A stretch of DNA of 64,000 nucleotides from Clostridia bacterium (GCA_900755035.1 CAAEEZ010000017.1:329066-393065); one strand, 5' to 3'. Positions 17,422 through 26,637 are shown, numbered from the stretch's first letter. Translations and numbers: made by a program. The notes: generated by a model from the letters alone, not told the origin.

Positions 17422-17454
17422 AATTTTGGACACTTTACAAATATGTCCAAAATT
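17422..17454. promoter_or_regulatory. Perfect 11-bp inverted repeat (AATTTTGGACA-N11-TGTCCAAAATT), candidate TetR operator
   Basis: Read directly in the divergent intergenic region between the P-type ATPase and the TetR gene. Confidence 0.55.
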
Positions 17455-17511
17455 CTTGCGTAGTACTTATTTTTATGATAGAATTGAAATATAAATACTT
17501 AGGAGAATAAC

Positions 17512-18045
17512 GTGTCGGATTCTAATATAACCAAAAAAGCGCTTGCTTCATCATTAAAAACGCTATTAAAAAGCAAGGATTTTGCAAAAATTAGCGTAGG
17601 TGACATTGCGGAAAACTGCGAGATGAATCGCAAAAGTTTCTATTATCATTTTCAAGACAAGTACGATTTGGTTACTTGGATTTTCAATACGGAATTTCTT
17701 GCCAAATCTTCTAAAACTGCCGATTGGCAACTATTAAACGGTATATGCGATTACTTGTACCAAAACAGAGATTTATATAAAAAGATTATTTGCATCGAAG
17801 GACAAAACTCGTTTAGCGAATATTTCAAAGGCATAATATCAGTGCTACTTAAAAATAACCTAAAAGATATTACCAGCGACGAAAACTTTATCGAGTTTTA
17901 TATTGAGTTTTTCTCGGACGCTATGCTATGTGCCTTTAAGAATTGGCTAATTAACGACAAAAACCGCACTGCTATTGAATTTGCCGATATGCTAAAACGT
18001 TGCTTCTTGACCATTTCTGAAAGAATAATCAAACTGCCTAACTAA
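17512..18045 (+). CDS. TetR/AcrR-family transcriptional regulator (DhaS-like)
   Basis: The N-terminal HTH is ITKKALASSLKTLLKSKDFAKISVGDIAENCEMNRKSFYYHFQDKYDLVTWIF. The start is GTG with a TAGGAGA RBS. Confidence 0.8.
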   Translation: MSDSNITKKALASSLKTLLKSKDFAKISVGDIAENCEMNRKSFYYHFQDKYDLVTWIFNTEFLAKSSKTADWQLLNGICDYLYQNRDLYKKIICIEGQNSFSEYFKGIISVLLKNNLKDITSDENFIEFYIEFFSDAMLCAFKNWLINDKNRTAIEFADMLKRCFLTISERIIKLPN

Positions 18046-18169
18046 AACTAACTTTCAAAATTTAATCAAAAATGCGTTATGATAAACTTTGAAAACAAAC
18101 GCAAAATAACAAAAACCGTAGTTTAAGTTGTATTTCTACTATATAAACTTCGGAATTTTTTATTTTAAT

Positions 18170-18580
18170 CTATTTATCCAAATAGGATTGTAAAATTATT
18201 TGCGCGGCAACTTTATCAATAAGTCCTTTTCTTTTGTCCCTACCTACTCCGCCTTCAATCAGTATTTCCTCTGCCTCTACCGACGTTAATCTTTCGTCTA
18301 GATACTTTACGTCTATTCCACTTGCATTACTTAGCATTTCGCCAAATTGCTTGTGTAATAGTGCTCTATCACCTATCTCGCCGTCCATTTGCAGTGGAAG
18401 TCCCATTACTATTTCGTCCACGTCGTATTCTTTAATTATTTCTAACAACCTATCAATTACACCGCTTTGCGATTTATTTTGCACTACTTCAAAAGCAGAG
18501 GCAATAATTTTTAAGGGGTCGGACAAAGCAACGCCTACTCTTTTGTCGCCGTAATCTACGCCCATCACTCTATGATACAC
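18170..18580 (-). CDS. ruvX: Holliday junction resolvase-like nuclease RuvX/YqgF
   Basis: VMGVDYGDKRVGVALSD...VDEIVMGLPLQMDG...VKYLDERLTSVEAE matches RuvX. The GTG start overlaps the upstream stop (TAGTG). Confidence 0.88.
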   Translation of the reverse strand: MYHRVMGVDYGDKRVGVALSDPLKIIASAFEVVQNKSQSGVIDRLLEIIKEYDVDEIVMGLPLQMDGEIGDRALLHKQFGEMLSNASGIDVKYLDERLTSVEAEEILIEGGVGRDKRKGLIDKVAAQIILQSYLDK

Positions 18581-19179
18581 TATTTTACCCTCTTAAAATC
18601 TGCCTTTCCGTGCTTGCAAATAGGGCAAACGAAGTCGTCAGGCATAGCCCCTTTGTGCACGTAATTACAAATTGAACATACCCACGTTTCCTCGTTTACG
18701 TCTGTTTGTGGCTGTGGCTTTGGTTTAATATTTTTGTGATAATAGCCGTACGTAACGGGTTCTTTGCCGTCTACCACCTTGCTATCCACTATTTTACCAA
18801 CGAACAAGTAGTGCGTGCCCATATCTATTTTTCTTTCAATTTCCAAAGCAATATATCCGGCTGAATTATTTACATTGGTTTTAATGCCTTGAACGACGGC
18901 AGTTTCTACCCCGTCGAATTTATCTACGTCCCTACCCGACCTCATGCCAAAGTCCTTGAAAAACTCGAACGGCGTACTTTCGTCAAGTATATTTATTACG
19001 CATTTATTAGACGCTTCAATTAGGCTAGTCGTGTAGTTTTGCTTATTTATCGTTACGCTAACCGTTTCAGGCGTTGCAGTTTGTTGCATTACGGTATTTA
19101 TTATGCATCCACTCTCTTTTCCGTCGCACGTTGCAGATAGCATATATAATCCGTAGGTTATTTTGAATAAAGCGCTCAT
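18580..19179 (-). CDS. Flavin reductase-like domain fused to a C-terminal rubredoxin (high-molecular-weight rubredoxin type)
   Basis: The N-terminal FMN-binding split-barrel-like region (YGLYMLSA...SGCIINTVMQ) is followed by the C-terminal WVCSICNYVHKGAMPDDFVCPICKHGKADF. The RBS is TAGGAGGA. Confidence 0.8.
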   Translation of the reverse strand: MSALFKITYGLYMLSATCDGKESGCIINTVMQQTATPETVSVTINKQNYTTSLIEASNKCVINILDESTPFEFFKDFGMRSGRDVDKFDGVETAVVQGIKTNVNNSAGYIALEIERKIDMGTHYLFVGKIVDSKVVDGKEPVTYGYYHKNIKPKPQPQTDVNEETWVCSICNYVHKGAMPDDFVCPICKHGKADFKRVK

Positions 19180-19189
19180 TATATCCTCC

Positions 19190-19224
19190 TAAAAAAATAC
19201 TTAACCGAAAAATCGGTTAAGTAC
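19190..19224 (-). terminator. Rho-independent terminator after the rubredoxin gene
   Basis: Stem tacttaaccga / tcggttaagta (19198-19208 and 19213-19223), followed on the minus strand by T7. Confidence 0.8.
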
Positions 19225-19230
19225 TACGTT

Positions 19231-19389
19231 TTACTCTACCGGTTCAAATTGACTTTTATCAACCGAGCATAATGGACAAACGAAATCCTCTGGAACGTCT
19301 TCCCATTTAGTTCCTGCGGGGATTCCTGCATCAGCATCGCCAAGTTCTTCGTCGTAAACGTAACCACAAACTGTGCATTCGTATTTCAT
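19231..19389 (-). CDS. rub: Rubredoxin (52 aa; too short for the ORF track)
   Basis: Manual translation gives [52 protein letters not shown], with the two CxxC motifs and the conserved W/F of rubredoxins. The RBS is TAAGGAGA. Confidence 0.9.
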   Translation of the reverse strand: MKYECTVCGYVYDEELGDADAGIPAGTKWEDVPEDFVCPLCSVDKSQFEPVE

Positions 19390-19586
19390 TATAGTATCTC
19401 CTTATATTTTTATATTTTAAGTATATATCTTACTTTATTATTTGTCAATACGTATAAAATATTTACTCAATATTATGGCTTTATTTATCAAATTTTATAA
19501 AAATATAGTAATTATTATAATTTATTTTTTTGTTGACAAACAAAAATGCAAAAGTATAAAATAAATTCAACAATACGGAGGTCAAT

Positions 19587-20231
19587 ATGAAAAAAAGAAA
19601 AAGCAAATTCTTTGCAGAATTCAAGGCGTTTATCACCAAAGGTAACGCTATCGATCTTGCCGTAGGTATGATTATAGGTGCTGCTTTTACTGCAATTGTA
19701 AACGGACTTGTGAATAATATTTTCAAACCTATGATTAATGCAATACCTCTTGGCAATATGACGGGACTAATTACGATGTTAGTGCCGAAAGACGCAACCG
19801 GAGCAGTCGTTGCAGCAGGTTCTGCCGCAATAGATTTATCAAAATCTATATATATCGACTGGGGTTCGTTTATTATGGCAATTATCAACTTCTTTATAAC
19901 TGCGCTAGTACTATTCTTAGTAATTAAAGCAATAAATGCGTTTAGAAATGGTTTCGGCAAAGTTAAATCGGGCTTAAACGACTCTATTAGCGAATTTTCT
20001 AGCGAAAGATACAAGGAACTTAGAAAACAAGGATTCACTCATAAACAAATTAAGGAACTAGAAAAAGAAGAAGCGGAAAAACTTGCCGAAGAAAAGCGCA
20101 TTAGCGAAGAACAAGCAAAATTGGAAGAAGAAAAAAAGAAAGCGCTAGAGGCTGAACTAAATCCAACTACCGAGGAGTTGCTAAAACAAATCCTTGCAGA
20201 ACTGAAAAAAAGGGACGAACAAGCGCAATAA
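19587..20231 (+). CDS. mscL: Large-conductance mechanosensitive channel MscL with an extended charged C-terminal tail
   Basis: FKAFITKGNAIDLAVGMIIGAAFTAIVNGLVNNIFKPMI matches the MscL TM1 signature. The RBS is ACGGAGG. The ~80-aa E/K-rich tail is unusual. Confidence 0.88.
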   Translation: MKKRKSKFFAEFKAFITKGNAIDLAVGMIIGAAFTAIVNGLVNNIFKPMINAIPLGNMTGLITMLVPKDATGAVVAAGSAAIDLSKSIYIDWGSFIMAIINFFITALVLFLVIKAINAFRNGFGKVKSGLNDSISEFSSERYKELRKQGFTHKQIKELEKEEAEKLAEEKRISEEQAKLEEEKKKALEAELNPTTEELLKQILAELKKRDEQAQ

Positions 20232-20252
20232 ACAAAATAACATTTTTTAGAT

Positions 20253-20288
20253 AAAAAACCGATAGAAAAACGTATCTATCGGTTTTTT
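20253..20288. terminator. Bidirectional terminator between mscL and hypA
   Basis: The stem aaaaaaccgataga ... tctatcggtttttt has a core of ccgatag/ctatcgg. Confidence 0.8.
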
Positions 20289-20296
20289 AATAATTA

Positions 20297-20641
20297 TTAA
20301 ATTGCTTCTATTTCTTTTATTATAAACTCGTTTCCACTAACAAGGTGCGTGTTTCCCGAATTGCAAAAAGGACAAATTTTGCCGTATTTCACGGTTTCGT
20401 AAGTTTTATTACAATCTTCGCAAATAGTTACGGCAGGCAATATTTCCACCTTTAACTCGGCACTATCAATAAGTGGCTCTTTCTTCCTGTAATACTGCCA
20501 ACAATCAGTAATATATTCGGGGATAATACCACTTACTTCGCCTATTTCCAAAGTAACGCTACCTATTATTGATAGGTCGTTTTCCTTTGCAATATCGCTA
20601 AGCACGTCGATAATATGTTTTACTACTCCTAGTTCGTGCAT
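20297..20641 (-). CDS. hypA: Hydrogenase nickel-incorporation/metallochaperone protein HypA
   Basis: The N-terminal MHE nickel motif (MHELGVVKHII) and the zinc site CEDCNKTYE...CPFCNS fit HypA. The length is 114 aa. There is a 1-nt gap to the upstream stop. Confidence 0.85.
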   Translation of the reverse strand: MHELGVVKHIIDVLSDIAKENDLSIIGSVTLEIGEVSGIIPEYITDCWQYYRKKEPLIDSAELKVEILPAVTICEDCNKTYETVKYGKICPFCNSGNTHLVSGNEFIIKEIEAI

Positions 20642-20642
20642 A

Positions 20643-23360
20643 CTAGTTACCTTTTTTCTTTGCTTTTTCCGCTTTCTTTATCTTGATTTGGCGCTTAAAT
20701 GCGTACGGCAAGATAGCCTTCAATTTATCCTCAGCCTTTACCATCGTGCTAGCCTCAGGCAATTTACGGCTTAGGTGAATAGCGTCGAACTTACATTTTA
20801 TTGTACATACTCCACAACCTAGACATCTATTTGGGTCTACGATAGACGCACCGCAACCAAGACACCTGCTCGTTTCCTTTTTTACTTGCTCTTCGGTAAA
20901 CGTTTGGCGATTATCTCTAAACGACTTTTTAGCGTCTATCATCTTATCAAGATTAGGTATTTGCCTTTCGGTATTATCGTAACTATCCTTAGGAATATCA
21001 AGGTTATCCTTGTTTAATTCGATAAATTCTCTACGATTTCTTCCTATCGTTAAACTGCTACCCTCTTGAACGAATCTATGTAGTGATATTGCCGCTTGCT
21101 TACCTGAGGCTATTGCATCTATTGCAAACTTAGGACCTGTATAGCAATCGCCACCTGCGAATATATCGCTAACCGACGTTTGATAGGTAAGTTTGTCGCA
21201 AATTATAGTGCCGTTTTTGTTGGTTGCAATATTTTCGCCGTTAAATAGTTCGCTAGGGCTAACGCATTGACCTATACTCAATACTACGTTTTGGCAATTT
21301 ATCAGTTTCGTATTCGATTCGTCGTAGGTTGGGTTAAATTTTCCGTTTGCGTCAAACACAGCCGTACATTTTTTAAGTACCACACCCGTAACTTTGCCGT
21401 CTTTTACTAATATATCTTTTAGCCCGTATCCACACTCGATATTTACGCCGTCCTCGATTGCTTCGTTAATTTCTTCGATAGACGCAGGCATTTTATCCCT
21501 TTGCTCCAAGCAATAGATTTCCGTTTCTGCGCCACACCTTACCGAACATCTTGCTACGTCGATAGCAACGTTACCGCCACCTATTACTACGGTTTTACCT
21601 TCTAGTTTGGTGTTTTCGTTGGTTATTACGGTTTTTAGAAAATCTATTGCCGAATATACTCCGCTAGCATCCTCGTTTTTAATGCCTGACTTTCTACTAC
21701 CTTGACAACCTATTGCCACGTAGAAAGCATCAAAACCTTGCTTTCTAAGTTCGTTTATCGTTACGTCCTTTCCTACTTCAACGCCCGTTCTAAACTCGAC
21801 GCCCATTGCCCTAAGCACGTCGATTTCAGCCTCGATTACGTCTTTTTCTAGCTTAAACGAAGGGATACCGTAGGTAAGCATACCGCCTAGTTTTTCTTCC
21901 TTTTCAAATACGACGGGTTTATAGCCCATTTCTGCAAGATAATAAGCGCAACTTAATCCGCTAGGACCTGCGCCGATTATTGCAATTTTTTGCGTAAGTT
22001 CGTTTAGGCTTGGGCGAACCATAGGCGGAATATATCTATGCTCCGCTTTTAATTCTAGTTCCGCTATAAATTTCTTTACCTCGTCTATTGCAACCGCCCT
22101 ATCAATCGTAGCCCTAGTACAAGCGTCCTCGCACCTTCTATTACAAATTCTACCACATACGGCAGGGAACGGATTTTCCTTCTTTATTAGCGCAAGTGCT
22201 TCGTCGTACTTGCCTTGTGATGCAAGTTTTAAGTAGCCTTGTACCGAGATATGAGCAGGACAATTAGTTTTGCAAGGCGCAGTACCCGTTTCGTAACAAT
22301 TTATACGGTTGTCGTCCCTATAATTCTCGTTCCATTTTTCCTTGCTCCATTTAACTTCGTCGGGTAGTTCTTGTCTTGGATACTCGATTTTGCCGTCTTT
22401 CGTGCAAATTTTTTGACCAAGCTTAACAGCACCGGCAGGACAATTTTCCACGCAACCGCCACAAGCAACGCATTTTTCTTCGTCCACCTCTGCTATATAA
22501 GCCGACCTAGACATATTAGGCGTATTAAACAGTTGTGAAGTCCTTAATGCGTAACAAACCGACGGATTACAGTTGCAAATAGCAAATATCTTGTCTGCTC
22601 CGTCTATATTAGTAATTTGGTGAACGTAACCGTTAGCCTCGGCTTGCCTAAAAATTTCCATAGCCTCGTCGTAGGTTATATATCTACCGCCTTTATTAGT
22701 TTCTACAACGTAGTCCGCCATATCGCCTACTGCAATGCACCAGCCGTCAGGGTCGTCGCCCGTATTTTCGCCACGCACTTTTCTAGACGCTCTGCACGAG
22801 CAAGGCGACGCAGCGTACTTTCCTTCGTATTTTTTTAGCCAATACGAAATATGCTCCACGTCCACGGACTCTTGCTCCGTTTCGATAGCCTTTTCTACGG
22901 GTATTACGTGCATACCTATTCCTGCGCCTCCCGGTGGCACCATAGGCGTAACCTTTTCAAGAGGCAATCTTGACATATCGTAGAAAAAGTCGGTAACTAC
23001 GGGGTGCTCTTTAACTACGTCCTTATTCATATTCAAAAATTCAGCGCAACCCGGAACGTACATAGGTAGCACGTATTGTTTTTTCCTTTCAGGATTTTCC
23101 CAATTATACTCAATCATACCGTAGGTGCACAACTCGTCTAGCAACTTTTGAGTAGTTGCCTCGTCTTTCTTACATCTTTTTGCTATTTCAGGTAAAAACA
23201 TGGGTACACGCTTTTTCATAGCAAGTACTACTTCGGCTTGCTCGTCGGACAATATTTCGTCAAGCGCCTTGTAGTCGTTGTCGTTAACCGTAGGCTTATG
23301 ACCGATATAGTCCGACACTTTTTTAATAATCTTTACGATTAGTTTTCTTTCTTCTGCCAT
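20643..23360 (-). CDS. Large multi-domain Fe-S flavoprotein: Cys-rich N-terminal region, 4Fe-4S ferredoxin motifs and a GltD-like FAD/NAD(P) oxidoreductase
   Basis: The ferredoxin motif is CVACGGCVENCP. The GltD-type block is CKTNCPAHISVQGYLKL...NPFPAVCGRICNRRCEDACTR. The dinucleotide folds are IAIIGAGPSGLSCAYYL and VVIGGGNVAIDVAR. The C-terminal clusters are CLGCGASI...CLGCGVCTIKC. The likely start is ATG at 23360 after a GAAGGAGA RBS (the track start TTG is at 23375). Confidence 0.8.
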   Translation of the reverse strand: MAEERKLIVKIIKKVSDYIGHKPTVNDNDYKALDEILSDEQAEVVLAMKKRVPMFLPEIAKRCKKDEATTQKLLDELCTYGMIEYNWENPERKKQYVLPMYVPGCAEFLNMNKDVVKEHPVVTDFFYDMSRLPLEKVTPMVPPGGAGIGMHVIPVEKAIETEQESVDVEHISYWLKKYEGKYAASPCSCRASRKVRGENTGDDPDGWCIAVGDMADYVVETNKGGRYITYDEAMEIFRQAEANGYVHQITNIDGADKIFAICNCNPSVCYALRTSQLFNTPNMSRSAYIAEVDEEKCVACGGCVENCPAGAVKLGQKICTKDGKIEYPRQELPDEVKWSKEKWNENYRDDNRINCYETGTAPCKTNCPAHISVQGYLKLASQGKYDEALALIKKENPFPAVCGRICNRRCEDACTRATIDRAVAIDEVKKFIAELELKAEHRYIPPMVRPSLNELTQKIAIIGAGPSGLSCAYYLAEMGYKPVVFEKEEKLGGMLTYGIPSFKLEKDVIEAEIDVLRAMGVEFRTGVEVGKDVTINELRKQGFDAFYVAIGCQGSRKSGIKNEDASGVYSAIDFLKTVITNENTKLEGKTVVIGGGNVAIDVARCSVRCGAETEIYCLEQRDKMPASIEEINEAIEDGVNIECGYGLKDILVKDGKVTGVVLKKCTAVFDANGKFNPTYDESNTKLINCQNVVLSIGQCVSPSELFNGENIATNKNGTIICDKLTYQTSVSDIFAGGDCYTGPKFAIDAIASGKQAAISLHRFVQEGSSLTIGRNRREFIELNKDNLDIPKDSYDNTERQIPNLDKMIDAKKSFRDNRQTFTEEQVKKETSRCLGCGASIVDPNRCLGCGVCTIKCKFDAIHLSRKLPEASTMVKAEDKLKAILPYAFKRQIKIKKAEKAKKKGN

Positions 23361-23423
23361 TTCTATCTCCTTCAAAATCTACTAAAAGTAGCATTTATAT
23401 AGTTAATTATTTACTATTTAATG

Positions 23424-23452
23424 ATTATATCACTATGGAATACATAAATCAA
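23424..23452 (-). promoter_or_regulatory. SigA-type promoter for the Fe-S flavoprotein-hypA operon
   Basis: On the minus strand: TTGATT (23452-23447), a 17-nt spacer, then TATAAT (23429-23424). Confidence 0.6.
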
Positions 23453-23662
23453 CAAGTGTTTTAATTTTCTTCAATCGCTTTTTTGCTGAATTTATTATTT
23501 TCCTTCTTATTGCTAAATTGCAGTAGGTTGCGCATAATTAACAAAATATAATATTTTATATATCAAAATTATACATTAAACTACATTTTTTGCAAATATA
23601 AAAGGCTCGAAGAATTTCTTTAAGCCTTTTACAATATTCCTATTTCAACTATTTTTTAATAA

Positions 23663-24988
23663 CTACTTGCCGTAAATTTCAAAAATTTTCACCTTAGGAT
23701 TTAATCTACAATCATTTATCCTTAACGTTACGTTGTCCGTTTCCACTTCTAGTAGTCTTGCAATTTTCTTTCTACCAATGGTAGTTCCCTCGTAAAGCAC
23801 TACTTCAAGGTTGCCTATCTTGGTAGTCAACGTAAAACTTTCTATTCGCTGTGAAAAGTCCAAGTCTTCTTGAATAACTGCCTTAGTTACAAGTTGTTTA
23901 TTAAACTTGTAAGTAACGGCATTTTCGTTTTCTTCTATTTTAGTTAGGTTAATTTTATTATTAAATTCTTCTTTCAGCCTTTCGCCAAACTCCCTCATGT
24001 GCTTAACGTCTTTTTTGCATATTTTGCCCGTTTTATCGGGTGGGATATTTAGTAGCAACGTACAATTATTTCCAACTGACGCATAGTATATCTCCATTAG
24101 TTTATCTACGCTTTTTACCGTAAAGTCTTGCAGTTTATGATAGAACCAACCCTTTCTAATAGATACGTCCACTTCGGCCGGATACCATATGTATTCGTCG
24201 TATTTTTCAAGTATCTTCCTGCTACCTAAATCCTCATTAGTAGTATCGATTGCCTTAAACGGCACTTTGTCGGTCTTTTGCGATTTATCCATAATAACCG
24301 ACTCGTTAAATAAAGCCTTAGGTACTACGTTCCACTCTGATTTACGGCTTTTACCTGCCTCGTTGCCTACCCACCTTACGTCAGGTCCACAATTTGATAT
24401 AGCACAATTTGGTTGCAGTTTTCTAATTAGCTGATAATAACGCTGAAAATCGTATTTTTGTTTTCTCTTTCCGTCTAATCCTGCGCCACACGCACCGTCA
24501 AGCCATACGGTAAATATTTCTCCGTAATTTGTAAGCAACTCTTCAAGTTGACTTATATAAAAATCGTCGTATTCTTTCGTGCCGTAACACTTTGCATTTC
24601 TATCCCAAGGCGAAAGATATACTCCCATTTTAAGTCCGTTTTTACGGCACGCCTCGCTAAGTTCTTTTACAACGTCGCCCTTACCGTTTTTATAAGGGGA
24701 ATTTTTAACTGAATAATCCGTAGTATTCGTTTGCCACAAACAAAAGCCGTCGTGATGTTTTGCCGTAAGGATTATTCCTTTTGCCCCTACGCTTTTTGCC
24801 ACTTCGCACCAATTATTGCAGTCTAAGTCCGTAGGATTAAATTTTTTGCTATAAACTTTGCCGTCGCTCCATTCCTTACCTGCAAAAGTATTTATACCAA
24901 AATGGATAAACAAATAAAATTCCATTTCCATAATATCCTTTTGCACTTTGCTTGGCGTAACAGCCACGTATTTGTGTATTTTTTCCAT
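23663..24988 (-). CDS. Alpha-L-fucosidase, GH29 family, no signal peptide
   Basis: FYLFIHFGINTF...EW, TAKHHDGFCLWQT and LSPWD are GH29 blocks. A C-terminal beta-sandwich follows. The start was chosen at the ATG 9 nt after an AGGTGG RBS (the frame opens at 25009). Confidence 0.85.
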   Translation of the reverse strand: MEKIHKYVAVTPSKVQKDIMEMEFYLFIHFGINTFAGKEWSDGKVYSKKFNPTDLDCNNWCEVAKSVGAKGIILTAKHHDGFCLWQTNTTDYSVKNSPYKNGKGDVVKELSEACRKNGLKMGVYLSPWDRNAKCYGTKEYDDFYISQLEELLTNYGEIFTVWLDGACGAGLDGKRKQKYDFQRYYQLIRKLQPNCAISNCGPDVRWVGNEAGKSRKSEWNVVPKALFNESVIMDKSQKTDKVPFKAIDTTNEDLGSRKILEKYDEYIWYPAEVDVSIRKGWFYHKLQDFTVKSVDKLMEIYYASVGNNCTLLLNIPPDKTGKICKKDVKHMREFGERLKEEFNNKINLTKIEENENAVTYKFNKQLVTKAVIQEDLDFSQRIESFTLTTKIGNLEVVLYEGTTIGRKKIARLLEVETDNVTLRINDCRLNPKVKIFEIYGK

Positions 24989-25266
24989 TTTCATATTCCA
25001 CCTAAGCAATATTATATCATATTTTATATTTATATAAAAATAAACGATAAAAAAAGGAGAGAATTTCTTCTCTCCTCATATTGCCATAACCCATACTTAG
25101 CAATATAAAAGTTTTTATTTTCGCAAAACGTTCTTATGTCTTTCGTAATCTACTTAAACTTAAAGCCATAAGTGATAACCTTTTTCTTAATCCGCCTAAT
25201 CTTAATCTTTACTTAATATTTCTAAATTGATGCGGAAAAGGGAATATAGTTTAATATATAAATATA

Positions 25267-25755
25267 TTATAACTCTATCATATTATTTAGATTCGTTCTA
25301 TCTATTGCCATTTGCAACCTAGATATCATCTCGCTTATTTCTTTTGCCTTATCTAAACAAAGTTTAGGGTCGTATAGCGTTTCTTCGTACTCAACGACGC
25401 CTTCCCTATTTACCGAAAGTCTGCGTTTTTTTGGCGAAGAACTTAGATAAACGTATCTATCCTTCTTATTTTGTAGTTCGGCAAGATATACTAGCGCTTC
25501 GCTAATCGTCATAGAAAATTCTTCTACTACGGTAGTAGCGTTAGATAAACTTAGTTTGCCTTTTAGTTTAAGGATTTCATCGTCTATCTCGTCAATCCTT
25601 TTGGTTACGGCATCAAAATTGTAGTCGCCGTTTAGTTTTTTCTCGCCGGTCGAATAAATAACCTTGGAATTTTGTTGTTCCATAACTATCAAAGCAGACT
25701 TTTCTTCGTCTAACGCTTTGATTATTTTCATAATTTCGGTATTACACTTTTTCAT
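25267..25755 (-). CDS. Hypothetical helical/coiled-coil protein embedded in the nan operon
   Basis: The ORF is 162 aa and lies 6 nt downstream of nanA. I recognise no motif. Confidence 0.5.
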   Translation of the reverse strand: MKKCNTEIMKIIKALDEEKSALIVMEQQNSKVIYSTGEKKLNGDYNFDAVTKRIDEIDDEILKLKGKLSLSNATTVVEEFSMTISEALVYLAELQNKKDRYVYLSSSPKKRRLSVNREGVVEYEETLYDPKLCLDKAKEISEMISRLQMAIDRTNLNNMIEL

Positions 25756-25761
25756 ATTTTA

Positions 25762-26637
25762 TTATAGGCTCTTTACTATCTTACGGCATGCCTCTCTGCC
25801 TTCCTTAGAAAGTGGTAAGAATGGTTTTCTACATTCGCCCATTTCAATGCCCATTTCTTCTAGTACGCCTTTTTCCATAGCGAATACGCCGTATTTGATT
25901 AGCGTTGCAATTATTTCGTTTGCCTCGTTTTGAACTTTTTGGCAAGTAGCAACGTCGTTTTGCTTAAACGCATTGTAGATTGCAATAAATTTCTCTGCCA
26001 TAAAGTTGTAGGTAGAGCCTATTCCACCGTCAGCGCCCATACTTAATCCTGCAACGAACATCTCGTCAAAGCCGTTATATACGATAGGTTTTGCTTCCAT
26101 CGTTTTGAATTGTTGCAACATATACAAATCCGACGTGGTGTGCTTAATACCTATAAACTTCTTGTTTTGGAACATATCGTCAGCCATTTGCTTATTAAAG
26201 TTAAAGCCGTTAGCCCCCGGGAAGTTGTACATAATCATAGGGATATTTACGCTGTTTGCAATATCGTTATAGTAACCCTTGATTGCTTCGTAGCCAAAAG
26301 AATAGTAATAAGGAGCAACCGCAGAAATAGCGTCGTAGCCAAGTTCTTCGGCGTATTTTGCCATTTCAATAGCGTGGCCGGTATGAATAGTACCCACGTG
26401 AGCAATCAAAGTAGATTTGCCTTCGTTTGCCTCGGCAGCGGCCTTAAATAGTTGTTTTCTTTCCTCAACGGATAAAAGTAATCCTTCGCCCGTTGAACCA
26501 CCAACGTAAAATCCGTTTACGCCTTTTTGCAAATTCATCTTTACAAGTTTGTCGATAGCATCTTCGTTAATGGTGTTATCTTGCTTGAAAGGAGTAAGTA
26601 ATGCTGGGAACACGCCCTTAAATTTTTCTAAATCCAT
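25762..26637 (-). CDS. nanA: N-acetylneuraminate lyase (DapA/NAL family)
   Basis: FPALLTPFKQDNTINEDAIDKLV...GFYVGGSTGEGLLLSVEERKQLF and IGIKHTTSD (Schiff-base Lys region) fit NanA. The context is nanK/nanE/sialidase. Confidence 0.88.
   Translation of the reverse strand: MDLEKFKGVFPALLTPFKQDNTINEDAIDKLVKMNLQKGVNGFYVGGSTGEGLLLSVEERKQLFKAAAEANEGKSTLIAHVGTIHTGHAIEMAKYAEELGYDAISAVAPYYYSFGYEAIKGYYNDIANSVNIPMIMYNFPGANGFNFNKQMADDMFQNKKFIGIKHTTSDLYMLQQFKTMEAKPIVYNGFDEMFVAGLSMGADGGIGSTYNFMAEKFIAIYNAFKQNDVATCQKVQNEANEIIATLIKYGVFAMEKGVLEEMGIEMGECRKPFLPLSKEGREACRKIVKSL

Noticed and set aside
19980-20231. The MscL C-terminal ~80-aa E/K-rich extension as a fused extra domain.
   Set aside because: It is a low-complexity charged helix with no motif. 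It matches the general tendency of membrane proteins in this window to carry charged tails, so it is noted only under that finding.
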